A stretch of DNA of 63,952 bases, filler included, from Octopus bimaculoides (Eukaryota), in assembly GCF_001194135.2 (NCBI RefSeq). It is 4 parts of 4 records of this genome, joined end to end, with 100 filler letters (N's around TTAATTAATTAA, not from the genome) between each part and the next. Parts side by side here need not be neighbours in the genome. Positions count along the whole stretch, not along the records: positions 27,914 to 40,376 come from NC_068994.1; positions 40,477 to 62,759 come from NC_069000.1; 2 more parts are not named here. One strand, 5' to 3'. Positions 32,678 to 47,804 of the stretch are shown piece after piece. The notes beneath the pieces are model-generated. The model saw only the letters and a program-made list of their open reading frames with translations. It was not told the DNA's origin and did no database searches. Numbering within the stretch: the stretch's first letter is position 1; every line of letters starts with the position of its first letter. A program made the translations under genes and the position numbers.

Positions 32678-34686
32678 ATGGCGTATAGGAAGATGACGGA
32701 TAGTGTTAGGTGGCTAAAGCACAGGCTTAGCTATTGTGGCCGTCTTCTACTGAAGCCCCAACTGGTCAGCGCCGTGTAAATGACTTTGGTTGATGGAAAT
32801 TACAAGGAACTCATTGTATAGTACATCCATATGTGTGTGTATTCGCTTGCAGCCATGTGAATGTACGCCAGTGTTTTCAATGCTCTCTTCACTGCTTGGG
32901 CAAAGCGGTAACTGATGAAGACATTTCTTCTCGCCTCGACACTATGACTAGCCTCTCTGTGCTTTTGAAGACATGTGAAATTAATTTATTTCTTACTTGA
33001 AAAACAAGGTTTGTCATCAGATAACCATCCAGCCGTAATATCCGCTTCGAATTTCCACCCAAACCTATGCTAGCATGGAAAAAAAATAAACAAAAACATA
33101 TATATAAATGTGGCTGTATGGTTAAGAACTCTGTCGCCCTACTTCATAGTTCGGGTTCAGTCCCATTGCGTAGCACCTTGAATAAGAGTTTTCTACAATA
33201 GATCCAGGCTGACCAAAGCCTTATGAAAGGATTTGGTAGACAGAAACTGAAAGAAGCCTGTGTGTGTTAGTGTCTCCTTGTCTTGACATTGCGTGATAGT
33301 TATGTCATATAAGGCGGTGTCTTTCGTTTTCAGTTTTCCACGAAAAATATATCTGGCCATGGAGAAATATTACCTTATTTGGAAGGGCAGCCGGCTCTAG
33401 AAAATCTGCTTCGGCAAATTCTATCTGATTCATGTGAGCATAGAAAAGTAGACGTTAAAACGATGACTATGTATGTATGTACATAATACACCACACACAC
33501 ATCTATACAATCTTCATATTACTATGTAGTGTTACTTCTAATACAACGTATGCTTTACCTGTATAAATTAGTTCGTCCATTCGTTTTTGTGCCCATTTTT
33601 TTTCTATCGAGGCTTTGTTATATAGTTGATTGCCCTTTCTCTTGCTTGAAACCTTATCTGCTTTTCAAGGTGCAAAGTGAGAAGGGTGATTTGTTGACAG
33701 CAGAGCTGACAACTCCACCTCCACCACCACCACTACTCCCAGAAAGATGGCTTTTGTAAACACATGCACATGCATATACACGCACAAACTCATGTACATG
33801 CACGAATGCATACGACCGCGCACGACACACACACACACACACAGAAGCACGCGTTCGACAGGCTTCTTTCATTTTCTGTTTACTCACAAATCTACTCACA
33901 AAAAGCCTTGGTCAGTGATCTCAGGGCTATATCGGAAAACGCTTGCTCAAGGTACCACGCAGTAGGCTTGTATGCGGTCATTCCACCCCATTAGAAATAG
34001 CAGGGTTAAATAACCATAGCAACATTGGTTACAATTTCAACACTCATGAGATAAAAAGAATATTCCGAACTGTTCTATATAATTATTTATTCTCAGATAG
34101 TTGTGGATCGCAGTTTATATTACTTGCATGTTTTTTTCCGTTTGTTTTTTTTTGTTTTTTTTGTCATGTATATCATGGGGTAACACATTCTTCAGATAGA
34201 AAAGGCTGAAATAACAATTCTTTCGGTGATCCTGTGCGCGTGTGTGTGACTAAGATTATATTAATCTTTATTGATAAAAAGGAAATATTTAGAATATGTG
34301 GCAATTCGGAGTAAATAATTGAAAATAGCAGTTCTGTTGCTGCTGTTAATGTATCTTATTCTCTGTATTTTGTAGATTTCCCTTTTGTTTTGTATTAAGT
34401 CAGATATATATGAAAGAGAGAGAGAGAGAGAGATGTACGTCTAGTTATTTATAGATGTGTGTACATATAGATATGTAAATACTTGCGTTTATATGCGTGT
34501 GTGTGTATATATTTATATATATACCTTTGGTGATATAAACAAGAAAAGTAGCACTCAAAATATGAATGTGTGTGTATTTTTATTAATATTTAGCGGAAGC
34601 AATAGTGACTCAAGGGCCAAGAGTTTCGTGAGTTTGGTAAGTACCAACGCACGAATCTCTCAACCCTTGAATCATCCTGTAGCTTA

Positions 34687-34725
<39 letters not shown>

Positions 34726-34798
34726 CATATATATATGTATGTGTGTGTGTTGTTTATTTATTGAGAATGTGTATATAGATATACATATCGGTATACAA

Positions 34799-34836
<38 letters not shown>

Positions 34837-34979
34837 GATGTGTGTGTGTGCGTAAAATATATTTCCATTTAAATATATTTTGCTGATATTTACAATTTTT
34901 TAAGGCGGTACTGCAGCATGGCCGCAATCAACTGATTGAAACGAGTAACAATAAAAGAATATGTATATATATTTACATA

Positions 34980-35064
<85 letters not shown>

Positions 35065-36238
35065 CACATATATATATATATTATAAGGTTTTTAACTTCT
35101 AAATTTGCATATTCAAAAGAGACAGAGACTTCAAACTCGATATATCGATTTATTCACCACTCTGGAAAATTATATATAAATATAAATAAAAGAATGTATG
35201 TACATTCTTACACACACACATACGCACTCATACATACGTGCACGTACACACGGTACTCCTTGAATCGCAACTCAAATTTGCGACGAGTGTTCAATAAATC
35301 ATATGAGCAGTTATCACTGAGCCGTGAAGCTTAACCTTCTCATTGAAAGACATTTGATACCATGAATATATTTATAACTTTTTTTCCCCTGTCGGTAAAC
35401 ATATTTTCTTGTAAAGCGCCCAGACACAACTTTGGGGTGCACGTAAATGCGGTTTGTGCATCGTTCGCGCCCTCATACATACCGAATTTTTGACGCAGTG
35501 AATGTGTGTCTGCGAAAGCGGCAAATTGATAGTTATTAGAGCGCCTTGCAGTAGTATTCGGTCCGGTACTCTGCGCTGCGAGTTCAAATCGTGCTGAAGT
35601 CACGATAAATCGAATAACACTTCAGTCCTTCCTCCTTGGGTTTGTACTTTGAATTTAAAGGTCAATCCAGCCATTTTACGTTGTGTCCGACTGATTCTGC
35701 ATACATATTGCAAAAGTAAGCTGTTTATTCATTAGAAACTGAATTCTCATCCCATCTCTTCTTCACTTCTAACAGTCGTACAAACTTGTTAGTAAACTCG
35801 CACTTTTTATGTCTGTCATTCGTCGCCTCTGACGGCAATATTATTTATTAGATGGAAGCTAAGACCAGATTTCACAGTCATCATATGGCCAGTATCGGCA
35901 CAACCGGCCTTGTAGCATTTAGTTACATCTTTTTTAAAGTCCCGAATTCAAATCCAGTTTCGGTCGACTTTGCTTTCTGGCCTTCTGATCTCCCCCCCTC
36001 TCTCTCTCTCACACACACTACTATACACTTCGCCTTACCACACTCGTGGTCTTATTAAAAATGTTTGTCAGAGAAAACTTTAAACATACGTGTTATCTTT
36101 TCGAGTACTTACATATTTGTGTATGTTTTTGGTGCATATAACAAACCACATACATATGCACATATGTTTCTAAAAATTGTTGATACGTGCGCACACGCTT
36201 GTACACCTGAATCTATTAATATATGTGTGTGTATGTAT

Positions 36239-36319
<81 letters not shown>

Positions 36320-36434
36320 CATTTGTATATTAATATGCACATATTTTTGTCTGNNNNNNNNNNTTTCTGTCACGAATATTCTCGGGGATAGTCGAGAATT
36401 TCAGACCCCCCCCATCCCAATCCATGAATGCGCG

Positions 36435-36490
<56 letters not shown>

Positions 36491-36598
36491 AACGCATATT
36501 AGACGCTCAATGTTGAATCTATTTTCATAATTGAGAAACCCTCTCGGTTGAAAGAAATCGTAGCAACGCCCATGTATGTATGCGTATATGTATGTAAA

Positions 36599-36641
<43 letters not shown>

Positions 36642-39232
36642 TTGTGTTCTTTTGTTTGTCATTGGACTGCGGCCATGCTGGGGCATTTGTATGTGTGTGT
36701 GTGTGTATACATATATATATGTTATGTAGGTAGGTAGGTATAAATGCCATTCTCTTCCTTGGGCCCTCAGCCCCTTGACAGCAGTCGTCGGGCCACCGGT
36801 GCGACATACGGCGTGTTCTGGGCGTTTTAAACCTGGCGGAGCCCCATTTGTCTTCAAGTTTAGCCACGGTCGGTTTTTCTGAGGGAGAAGGATCGACCAA
36901 ATACATGAATAATGCTTTACTTATCGATCCCGAACAGATGAAAGGCATTTGAACTCGATGCAGAGGGACTAAAGTGATTAACGCAAATCAATCTGCTTGA
37001 TGCTGTAACTAAATTTTCCGCTTGTGTGTGTGTGTGTGTGATTTAAGTATGTATGTATGAATATGTTTATATGTATTTGTGTGTGTGTGTGTATGTATAC
37101 ATGTTTATGAAAACATACGCATAGATGTGTGTGTGTGTGTGTAAATGTTTGTGTGTAAAGTATATTTAAGTATAAAACGCGCCAACGTTGTATATATGTA
37201 TGTATATATATACAGATATATATATATATATATATATATATCATAGTGAGACGCGCGCGCATAGATTTGCCTTCTAAAAGTGTATCTACACATGCGTATA
37301 GACATACGCACACACGCACAATATCTGCTTGTTGTATTTGCGCGCACATCTGTGTAAATATAAGAAAATAAATAAAGGCACATGTATGCTAGCCTCTTAC
37401 GTGGTCGTGCAACCTGCTAGAAATAGTAGTCAGCAAATTTTTCACTTCATATCTCACCCTTTCCGTTTTAGATAAGGGAATAATAATAAAAAAAAAATTT
37501 TTAAACCTCCCAGAAAACACGTTAGTAATGTAAGTTTTGCGAAGTCCCTAAAAAGTAGGTGTGATGTTCATGGCTGGATTGCCTTTGGTCGTCATCGTTG
37601 TCTGTTTCTATCGTGTTTGATAACGACATTGAAAAATACGTTGCTGTTAGCGCGCGCACACATTTACCTTGGGATACAAGTATTCACTCAAATACGCCTC
37701 TTATACAAAAGTGTGTATGTTAGGTATATATACACACATATACACACTAATATATTTCTATTAGACTTTTCATATTTCTTAGGAATACACACATATGTAT
37801 AATGTATACATACATGTATGTGTGTGTGTGTGTATATATATATATTTATATATATGTATATAGATATGTTAAATATATATTTTATGATGTTAATCATTCT
37901 GGATGTTCCATCGAAATGTACATAGGTCTATATTATTATTATTATTTATCTATTTATTTATCTATTTATTTATTATATCTTTCTCCGTTTTCTTCCTCTG
38001 TTTAGACGAACTTTCCTACCTTTTCGGACAAAACCTTTTGTAACCTTCGTCCTGTCTTTGTCCTTATGTTTTTAATTGATATTAGCCCTTGTGGCCAATA
38101 AAACGAATTAATTATTATTATTATTATTTGTTATTATTATAATAAAGTATTTTCAACGGATCAGTTTTGAGCTCTATTTAAAGTTGATATGTATATAAGA
38201 TATATACATATAAATAGATTCATGCGTAAAGTGTGCGTGCTTATACAAGTTGACTCTTTCATTCTCTCTCTCTCTCTCTCTTTCAGTTTATTGTGTCCAG
38301 TTTGTACAATAAACTCAGTCTTTCAACTTGTCCCGCGTTATTAGCAACTGTCTGTCTAAACGTCCTTGTTTCCTCTCATCACATAGTCACCGCCACTCCC
38401 TCCGTCATAAACCATCATAATCACTTCGTCTATTATTATTGGTTAATATCATCATCATCACCACCACTAACCACCCGTCTGTCGTGTTCTCTTCTCTGTC
38501 TTCTCTCTTTGCACACTCATCAATGTGTGACTTGCGTGCCTTGAACCAGCGCCATTAACCTACCATTCCTCCCCTTCTCCCTCTCTCTCTCACACCATAT
38601 CTCTCTCTCACGTTGCTTTTGTTATTTCGAGCACACTTCTCTCTCTCACTCTTACTTTTCCCCCTATTCTTCTCTTCTCCTCTTCAAATGCTCATTTTTC
38701 TCTCTCACGCTTGCACTGTCTCTCTTTTACTCTCACTACCAATATCCCTCTCCCTCCTTCACTCTCTCTCTCTCTCATTTTCATGTTCTGTTCCTTTTAC
38801 TCTATCACTCTTTATTTGCTTCTCTTACTCTCTCTTCTTAATCCGTCTCTCTTTTTCTCTCTCTCTCTCTCACGACTCAGTCTCTCTCTTTCTCGGCCTT
38901 TATTTCTCATTCCCTCTTTCTCTCCTTCACTCTTCCTTTGTCATTCTTATTTTATTTCTCTCTTTCTCTCTCTCTTTCGTTCGACCGTTCACCTCTTCCT
39001 CCCGCACATATCTACGTCCCCCCCCACCGTTTTTGTTTGTCACCTAATCCCTATTACTTTTTGTATTGTACTTCATCCCCCTCCCTTCCTCCTTTTGGCA
39101 TTTCCCTCCCTCCATTCATTCTGCTAGTTTTTTGCTGCTTTGATTGCAAATGCGTTATTTAAAAATAAATCTTTGAAATTATACTATTATATTATATAGT
39201 CACACACACACACAGAGATCTATCTTATATAG

Positions 39233-39264
<32 letters not shown>

Positions 39265-40703
39265 AGATCTATCTTATAAACCCGCCACCGACACGCGGCG
39301 TGTAACAGATAAGAATGAAACTGCAGCTGCACTGGACCACAATCTGCTATTGTTTCATTATTCTCTCTCTTTTTCACTCGTTTTGTATATGTATATATGT
39401 GTGTGTGTGTGTGTGTGTGTGCTGGTCCCTGCTTCTAACCTCGAGACTCCCCCATCCTCTTTTTTTTTGTTTGTTTTCTTTCAGTTTAGGAAATCCCCAT
39501 ACTCCAAATTTTTTCATATCAGATCTGGCTTGGATTTTCTTTTTTTCTCTTTCTTTCTTTTTGTTACACTTTATTTCTTTACAACCCACAGAGGGGACAA
39601 ACAAGGACAGACAAACGGATTAAGTCGATTATACTGGTTCGTAACTGGTACTTATTTTAATCGACCCCGAAAGGATGAAAGGCAAAGTCGACCTCGGCGG
39701 AATTTGAACTCAGAACGTAGCGGCAGACTTGGCACGCCAACTTTTTCAGTTGGTCTGACCGGTTGGTTGGCTGGCTGGCTGGCTGGCTGTCTGGCTGTCT
39801 AATAACTTTTGTGTTGATTTGGGGACTTAGTTTATTATAATGTTCAACATGACTGGTGAAGTAGTAAGTAGTTTTAGTAACTTTGCCTGGTTTGTGTGGC
39901 TCAGACTTTATTTTTTTTTTGTCTTTCACTGACTATCCAACTTTTATTTCTTTCTGACTTTTGTGTCATCTCTGACTCTCGCACTACCTTGTCTGATTAA
40001 CCTGGTGTGTGTGTGTGTGTGTGTGCGTGAAACACACATCTAACTGCCTCCACCTGAACGATGTAGAGGTTTTGTAGGTATATACGTATGTGTGTATATA
40101 TATGCGTGTATATATATGTGTATGTATATGTATATATGTATACGTGTGTGTATGTATGTGTATATGTGTGTGTATACGTGTGTATGTATATATGTATGTG
40201 CGTGTATGTATATATGTATGTGCGTGTATGTATATATGTATGTGTATATATGTATGTGCGTGTATGTATATATGTATGAGTGTGTATGTATATGTGTGTA
40301 TATGTATATATATTATGTATGTATGTTTCTATATTACGTATATGTATATATATTATGTATGTTTCTATTATGTATGNNNNNNNNNNNNNNNNNNNNNNNN
40401 NNNNNNNNNNNNNNNNNNNNTTAATTAATTAANNNNNNNNNNNNNNNNNNNNNNNNNNNNNNNNNNNNNNNNNNNNGTATATATATATATATATATATAT
40501 ATATGCCTTATCTTCGAAACTTCTAGTTAGAATAGCGGCAGCTGACGAAGGATTAATTCCAAGTGGCTATCTGTTTTCCTATGTGTTCGTTCCGTTGTCT
40601 GTAGTTCATTGTTCTAACGTCCTGTACCCTGATATGCATCTATATACACATGTAGATGTAAGTATGTATATATATGTGTGTATACATGCATATATATTCT
40701 TTG

Positions 40704-40745
<42 letters not shown>

Positions 40746-42603
40746 ATGTATACATTTTCATCAATGAAGCAAAGTTTGGACAGCGTGGAACGTAAGCAAA
40801 TTGTGTATAAACGAGATGGTCTCTAATTTATAAAAACAAACCATTTCCTTCTCCTTTTATTATGGAATCAATACATGTCTAATGGAGACACAATATATTA
40901 TATTTAATAATGATTGGAAATATTCGATATATTCCACAGACTTGATATATATATATGTATTTATGTATGTATATATGGAGAGGGAATATAAGATTTCGAA
41001 CTTTCGCAAATCAATGACACCAATAAGAATATGTAAATCACAATGGTGAACTAGAAGCAAGGGTTCGATCCCTCTAGATAGCACCGTGCATACGTATCAA
41101 TAAAACACCATGCAAGAGTTGTGCATGGTACTTCACTGACTGGCGCTGTACAGTATGTGTGTGTATCGGTGCGTCGAAAGAAAATACTACTGTCGTTCAT
41201 TTACGGTGCTACAGCATAGCCGCAGTCTATTGAGTGTAGCCAGCGAATAAAAAGAAAAATAAGAATATATGTTTAAATCCGATAGATAGATAGATAGATA
41301 GATAGATAGAGCTATATATATAATGTATCTGTGTGCATGTACATACAAATACACGTGCACACACACATATATGTATATATTCACTCAGCTGGCAAAAATG
41401 AGTTATACCTGTAATTAAAAGGGTCCAGCCTTGTCGCATTCTGTGTCACGTTGAATCTCCCTAAGAACAACGTTAAGGGTACGCGTGTCTGTGGAGTGCT
41501 CAGCCACTTGCACGTTAATTTCACGAGCAAGCTGTTCCGTTGATCGTATCAGCTGGGACCTTCGTCGTCGTAACCGACGGAGTGCTCCTATATACATACT
41601 TATATATATATANNNNNNNNNNNNNNNNNNNNNNNNNNNNNNNNNNNNNNNNNNNNNNNNNNNNNNNNNNNNNNNNNNNNNNNNNNNNNNNNNNNNNNNN
41701 NNNNNNNNNNNNNNNNNNNNNNNNNNNNNNNNNNNNNNNNNNNNNNNNNNNNNNNNNNNNNNNNNNNNNNNNNNNNNNNNNNNNNNNNNNNNNNNNNNNN
41801 NNNNNNNNNNNNNNNNNNNNNNNNNNNNNNNNNNNNNNNNNNNNNNNNNNNNNNNNNNNNNNNNNNNNNNNNNNNNNNNNNNNNNNNNNNNNNNNNNNNN
41901 NNNNNNNNNNNNNNNNNNNNNNNNNNNNNNNNNNNNNNNNNNNNNNNNNNNNNNNNNNNNNNNNNNNNNNNNNNNNNNNNNNNNNNNNNNNNNNNNNNNN
42001 NNNNNNNNNNNNNNNNNNNNNNNNNNNNNNNNNNNNNNNNNNNNNNNNNNNNNNNNNNNNNNNNNNNNNNNNNNNNNNNNNNNNNNNNNNNNNNNNNNNN
42101 NNNNNNNNNNNNNNNNNNNNNNNNNNNNNNNNNNNNNNNNNNNNNNNNNNNNNNNNNNNNNNNNNNNNNNNNNNNNNNNNNNNNNNNNNNNNNNNNNNNN
42201 NNNNNNNNNNNNNNNNNNNNNNNNNNNNNNNNNNNNNNNNNNNNNNNNNNNNNNNNNNNNNNNNNNNNNNNNNNNNNNNNNNNNNNNNNNNNNNNNNNNN
42301 NNNNNNNNNNNNNNNNNNNNNNNNNNNNNNNNNNNNNNNNNNNNNNNNNNNNNNNNNNNNNNNNNNNNNNNNNNNNNNNNNNNNNNNNNNNNNNNNNNNN
42401 NNNNNNNNNNNNNNNNNNNNNNNNNNNNNNNNNNNNNNNNNNNNNNNNNNNNNNNNNNNNNNNNNNNNNNNNNNNNNNNNNNNNNNNNNNNNNNNNNNNN
42501 NNNNNNNNNNNNNNNNNNNNNNNNNNNNNNNNNNNNNNNNNNNNNNNNNNNNNNNNNNNNNNNNNNNNNNNNNNNNNNNNNNNNNNNNNNNNNNNNNNNN
42601 NNN

Positions 42604-42658
42604 NGAAAAAGAGATCCGTTTGGAAAAAGAGATCCGTTTGGAAAAAGAGATCCGTTTG
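42604..42658. repeat. 18-bp tandem repeat (gaaaaagagatccgtttg) x3 abutting a gap
   Basis: Direct reading; may extend into the N run. Confidence 0.9.
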
Positions 42659-42775
42659 AAATAATTACTTAAAATCTTACCGGTTTCCGAATTTTTTCAT
42701 TAAGAGAATCTTTCAAACTTTTTTTCGCAACAACCGCAAGTGATACTGGAAATGGTAGAATAATAATTATAATAA

Positions 42776-42809
<34 letters not shown>

Positions 42810-42951
42810 TATTATAATTATAATAATGGTGGTGGTGGTGGTTTTGTTTTGTTTGTTTATTTATTTTTTTCAGTAATGATCTTAGTGAGAAGAGGGGCGT
42901 AGTCAGTCATGTAGCAGTAGTAGTAACAATTACTACCAAAATAGTAATGAC

Positions 42952-42988
<37 letters not shown>

Positions 42989-43671
42989 GGAAAAAGCGAA
43001 GGAAGGGAGGGATAAAGACGGGGGGAGGAAGGAAGGAAGGAAGGAAGGAAATGAGAGAGGAACAGAAGAAATAAAAATAACATGCAAGATAGGGTGGAAG
43101 AAGAAAAAGAAAACTAGGAGGAGGGTGGAAGGAGGGGAGAAGAGTGGTGGTGGTGGTGGTGGCGGCGGCGGCGTTGGTGGTGGCGGCGGCGTTGGTGGTT
43201 GTGGTGGTGGTGGTGGTGACTATGATAGGAAGAAGACAAGGAAACGTCTACGTATGGATGGAAGTAAAAGAAACAGGACGAAAATATTATCAGCGAAGAT
43301 CTCCCAAAAGATACAGAACCAGAAGCTAATTGGATTATAAGATTAATGAAGTAAAAGGCAAACGGTTCGTCTTGAAGCCACATGGTTTCGAGTTCGCGTG
43401 GCATCTCAGGCAAGGAGCAAATGGGTCTTATTATAGCTTCGGTCAATGCTATAATAACTATATGTTGTGTGGCGAAAGTGACAGGATATACTCTAAATCG
43501 CAAAATCACCTAAGAGAAAGAAAGCAAAAAAAGTAAAACAATGCCAACAAAAAAAGCTGGGTGGGTTCGAGGGAACAAGAAATAGGCATTTAAAAAAATG
43601 ATAGACCAAAGCCACATTCAAGAACCACAACAGCAATACTCTCAATACCATTAGCATCATTACCACCACCA

Positions 43672-43760
43672 TCCCAAACACAGCCGTCCCAAACACAGCC
43701 GTCCCAAACACAGCCGTCCCAAACACAGCCGTCCCAAACACAGACGTCCCAAACACTGCC
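43672..43760. repeat. 15-bp minisatellite (gtcccaaacacagcc) x about 6
   Basis: Direct reading. Confidence 0.95.
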
Positions 43761-43949
43761 AATACTTCAAATCTATGATCGAATTCACAATCACATCAAT
43801 CAGCTAGGACAGTACAAAGCACACAAAGAAATATTAGACCGTCACATATAAAACTATACGAAACACATAGCACGTACATCCTTTTAAAAAAACAAATATC
43901 TCTTATACCATCAGGATATTGTACAAAACTTCCTCGTGAAAACATTTAC

Positions 43950-44679
43950 ATCTAGCCGGAAGAGTGAAAAACCGGACCTTCTATAGAAATAAGGTAAATG
44001 GCATTTCCCCCCTTTTTTCTATGGCCTAACTCAAAACAGGCAGTGTGGATGCACATGGCCAGAGATCGCCTCTGGAGCAGATGCTGCCTGCACGACGATT
44101 TCAGGTCACTAGATGTAGAGGCCATCATCTGAAGCAGAGCCATCATCTGCTCAACGATCTCAGGTCACTAGATATACATATAGAAGCCATCAGCAAGACC
44201 AGTATTTCCGAACTAACATGGAATAACTTGTGGTTGGATAGTATCTGTAAACCCGTAACTGCCACCAAAGACCAAGAAAAATCTGGAGTTATACTTCGTG
44301 CCAAGTACAGAGAGAAAAGGCATGGAGATAAAGAATCACTTTGAGATATTCTTCAATATTTCTCTTCTAATGGAGATGTTAGTTTTGATAGTTCCATCCC
44401 GTCTATATCTGCAAAATCGTGTCATTTACTTGTGATATGTTTGATGTCTCTTCTCAACACTGGTGCTACTTTACACATGACTAATGTTCCCAGGATGCAC
44501 GTGTGGGAGATGCATTTAAAAACTTTCATATTGTCTATCCAAACCGTGATCTGCTAAAGTGTTCGGTTATGTTGCTCAGTAATCGATTTTTACAGCTATG
44601 TGACTTTCTTTCTGTTCTACAGGTAATGATTTTATTTTTTCCTAGATGTTTCTTTGATCTCTGTTTCAAAGCTGTATTT

Positions 44680-44748
<69 letters not shown>

Positions 44749-45200
44749 TAAGTAGTCTTTGAAGTCTCAAGAAAGTGAGTTCTTTAATCAGTAGTTTTGA
44801 AGTGTTTCCTTTAATTTAGATTATTAAGACGGTTTTCTCCTCAGTGAGCCAGTCAGTTGTTTCCTCCATCCATCAATATCTCGTTGAACATCTCAGATCC
44901 CCCACCCATATGATTCCCTGTTAACTATTTTAACCAGAAATTTGCAATCTTATAATGTCTTGGTGCCTTCCAGTCATTTGTTTCATCCAGCATGGGTATT
45001 ACTTCTGTACTTTTGGCCTCCCACGATTCTTCAGATGCTGTGTCGATTCTTTCCGATATTCTCATCAATGGTGATTCCTTTACCGTCCATATTCTCTCCC
45101 CAAAATTTCTTCAACTTTTCTTGTTGTTATTTCTTCATTGGTTTCTATTTTATTTTGTCGCTGTTCTTGATAAAATCGCTTTTCTGTTGAACTGTTTGTT
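43950..45200 (-). pseudogene. Heavily decayed LINE reverse transcriptase, R4/Dong-like
   Basis: Fragments DWLTEEKTVLI, WIDNMKVFKCISH (cf. WIDYKKAFDSVPH) and RISQSDSLSPCLF (cf. IFQGDSLSPLLF). Confidence 0.65.
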
Positions 45201-46159
45201 TTTGTTCAAAGAATCGCTGATATTTTTCGTACAAACAGATTCTTTGTTTCGTCTTCGGATAACAACTTCTCTCCTTTCAGAAGATACGCATTGGCACTAC
45301 ACTCAATTCAATGACGTAAAAAGAGCTTAAGACACCGATGTTTTCGAAACATCATTATGTCTCTTCAGTCAAATTTACTCTCGGATCATTGAAACTAAAC
45401 AAGAATGGTAGTTCTTGATTAAGTTTTCCCCCGAAAGCAAAATTCAACAGCGATTTGTAAATTCACGTTCAAATCTGCCGGAATGTCTTAATAACGAATA
45501 TATACAGCATTGTTTTCTTTCTCGTTGCTTTATGTGCTCAGCTTTGCAGACAACAACACACATCACAAATAATTTGTTTATAGAATTCTATATAAACCAC
45601 AAGTCTTGTTTAGATCTAATGAACCAGCTGTAGCTTTCACTGAAGGGACGAAATTATGTCGAAACACTGATGTCTCAAAATCTCTCAACGTCACTGAATC
45701 GAGTACATTGACAACACACTCGATGCATCGATGCTATTCAGTGACAACACATCGTCTGAAAGGAGAAATTGTTCTCCAAAGGTAAAATACAGCAACGATT
45801 AGCTTATTCCTGTTCAAATTTGCCAGAACATGTTGTTAAGAACGAATATGCACGTTACCATTTTGATTCTTTGCTGTTTGGTTATGAAATCTTGTTTCAG
45901 GGTTTCTTTGGTTCCGAATATTTCTTTTTTCGCTCGCAAGGTTTTGGACGACATGATAGTATGGTAAAAATATACACGCTCCAAATTTCCGTGCAGTGGC
46001 ATCGAAACCGGAATCTCGGGGATTTCGAAGCGAATCTCTAACCCACCGAGCCAAAACCTGCATCCTTTGCATATATATACATGCGTACGAAACATGTACT
46101 TTATGTGAGCACAGTAGAGTGTGGTCTCTCAGTGACAATAACAGATATGTGCAGCAGAT

Positions 46160-46165
46160 GTCCTT

Positions 46166-46241
<76 letters not shown>

Positions 46242-46391
46242 CTGTTGTTGTTGTTGTTTCTCACTTGGTTTTGCTAATGCTGATGTTTCTTGTTTTGAGT
46301 GTGGTATTGCTGCTGTTTCTCTTGTTTATCGGTGCTGCCCTCTCTGTTGTTCTTGTTGCAGTTAATGTGGCCAGTGTTATTGTTGTTGTTC

Positions 46392-46422
<31 letters not shown>

Positions 46423-46505
46423 CGACGATGACGACGATGATGATGATGTTTTTTTCTTGTAATCGTTGCATAGTCGTTCCTGCTGCTGCTGCTGCTGCTG
46501 TTGTT

Positions 46506-46536
<31 letters not shown>

Positions 46537-46560
46537 TTGTTGTTGTTGTTGCTGCCCTTA
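46160..46560. repeat. Compound trinucleotide microsatellite (TAG)n/(GTT)n/(GAT)n/(GCT)n
   Basis: Direct reading; many other AT, GT, CT, ATCT, AAT and GAT arrays occur throughout the window. Confidence 0.95.
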
Positions 46561-47763
46561 TTCTTACAGTTGTTTGAAGTCGCGGTTTCAGCACAGCTGA
46601 TGTGGAACATAGTTCTGGTTGACTGAGCGACTAAAATGATCGGGTGTGTGGGATGTGGAGATGGCTGCTGTATTTTTATGACTGCTGCGGGGTGGATTTT
46701 GGGATGCAGGAATCAATCATAGACGGATGTAGGTATGTGTAACTGGTTGGTTGGCTGGTTGGATGATCGAATGGGTGGATAGTTGGCTGGGTAGACGAGC
46801 CTGGATGGTGGGGGGGTTATACAGAGATGAAAGGTTAGTAGCTGGGTGGATGAATAAGGATGGATGGATGACTTGATTGCTGAAGGGGTGGATTGGTAGA
46901 CGGCAGAGGTGTACAACTTGATCAATTAATAAAGATAAATATTGAATCAGATCTCTGTTGTGAAGTAGAGATAAACACGCACACTCATAAATGCATACAC
47001 ACGCTTATACACATATATATATACACACACACATATAAATACACACATATACACATTAACACCTACGACTCGTCAGCGGTCTCTTTGGTGAGACATGGGC
47101 AACGCCGGGTGGATATGCCAACACATACCGTATTTTACAATGGCACCCCACCTCAACAATACCGTTGAGCTGCGGCCCAAAGCAAAGCTCTAAATAAATG
47201 TCTGTTTATGCACACATGCATGTATATAGGCATGTCCGTCTGTCTGTCTCTCTGTGTCTTTGCCTGTCAGTCTGTCTCTCTATCAGTCTGTAGGTTTGTA
47301 TGGATGTAGGTATGCATGTTTGTATGTTTGCATGTATGTATTTCTGTATGTTTGTATGTATGTATGTATGCATGCATTTATGAATGCATGTATGCATGTA
47401 TATATATATGTATGTTTGTAAATACGTTTGTATGTCTGTATGTCCGTATCTACGTATATATGTATGTACATATATATACTTGCATCTATGTATGTATATA
47501 TGTAAATATGCATGTATTTATGTATGCATGTGTGTGCGTGTATGTATGTATGTATGTATATATGTATGTAGGCATGCATGTATGTATGTAACCTTTCTAG
47601 ATGGATTAGTCACTCCTTCGCTGCTCAGGCGCCAACAATTCTTTTGTCGCCTGGATGACCACAAAAAGAAAAAAAACTTTGAGTAGCAATCGAGTTAATC
47701 ACCAGCTTCGAACGAATATGTGTATATATATATATATATGTTTACAGACTTATAGAAACAAAC

Positions 47764-47804
<41 letters not shown>

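Noticed and set aside
39300-39330. GATA plus E-box composite site
   Set aside because: Orientation and spacing differ from the canonical motif, and such short motifs are expected by chance
40530-40575. CTGACGA-A-GGA(TTAAT)TCC hammerhead-like start
   Set aside because: No GAAA after the stem and no stem I partner; at most a decayed pLTR
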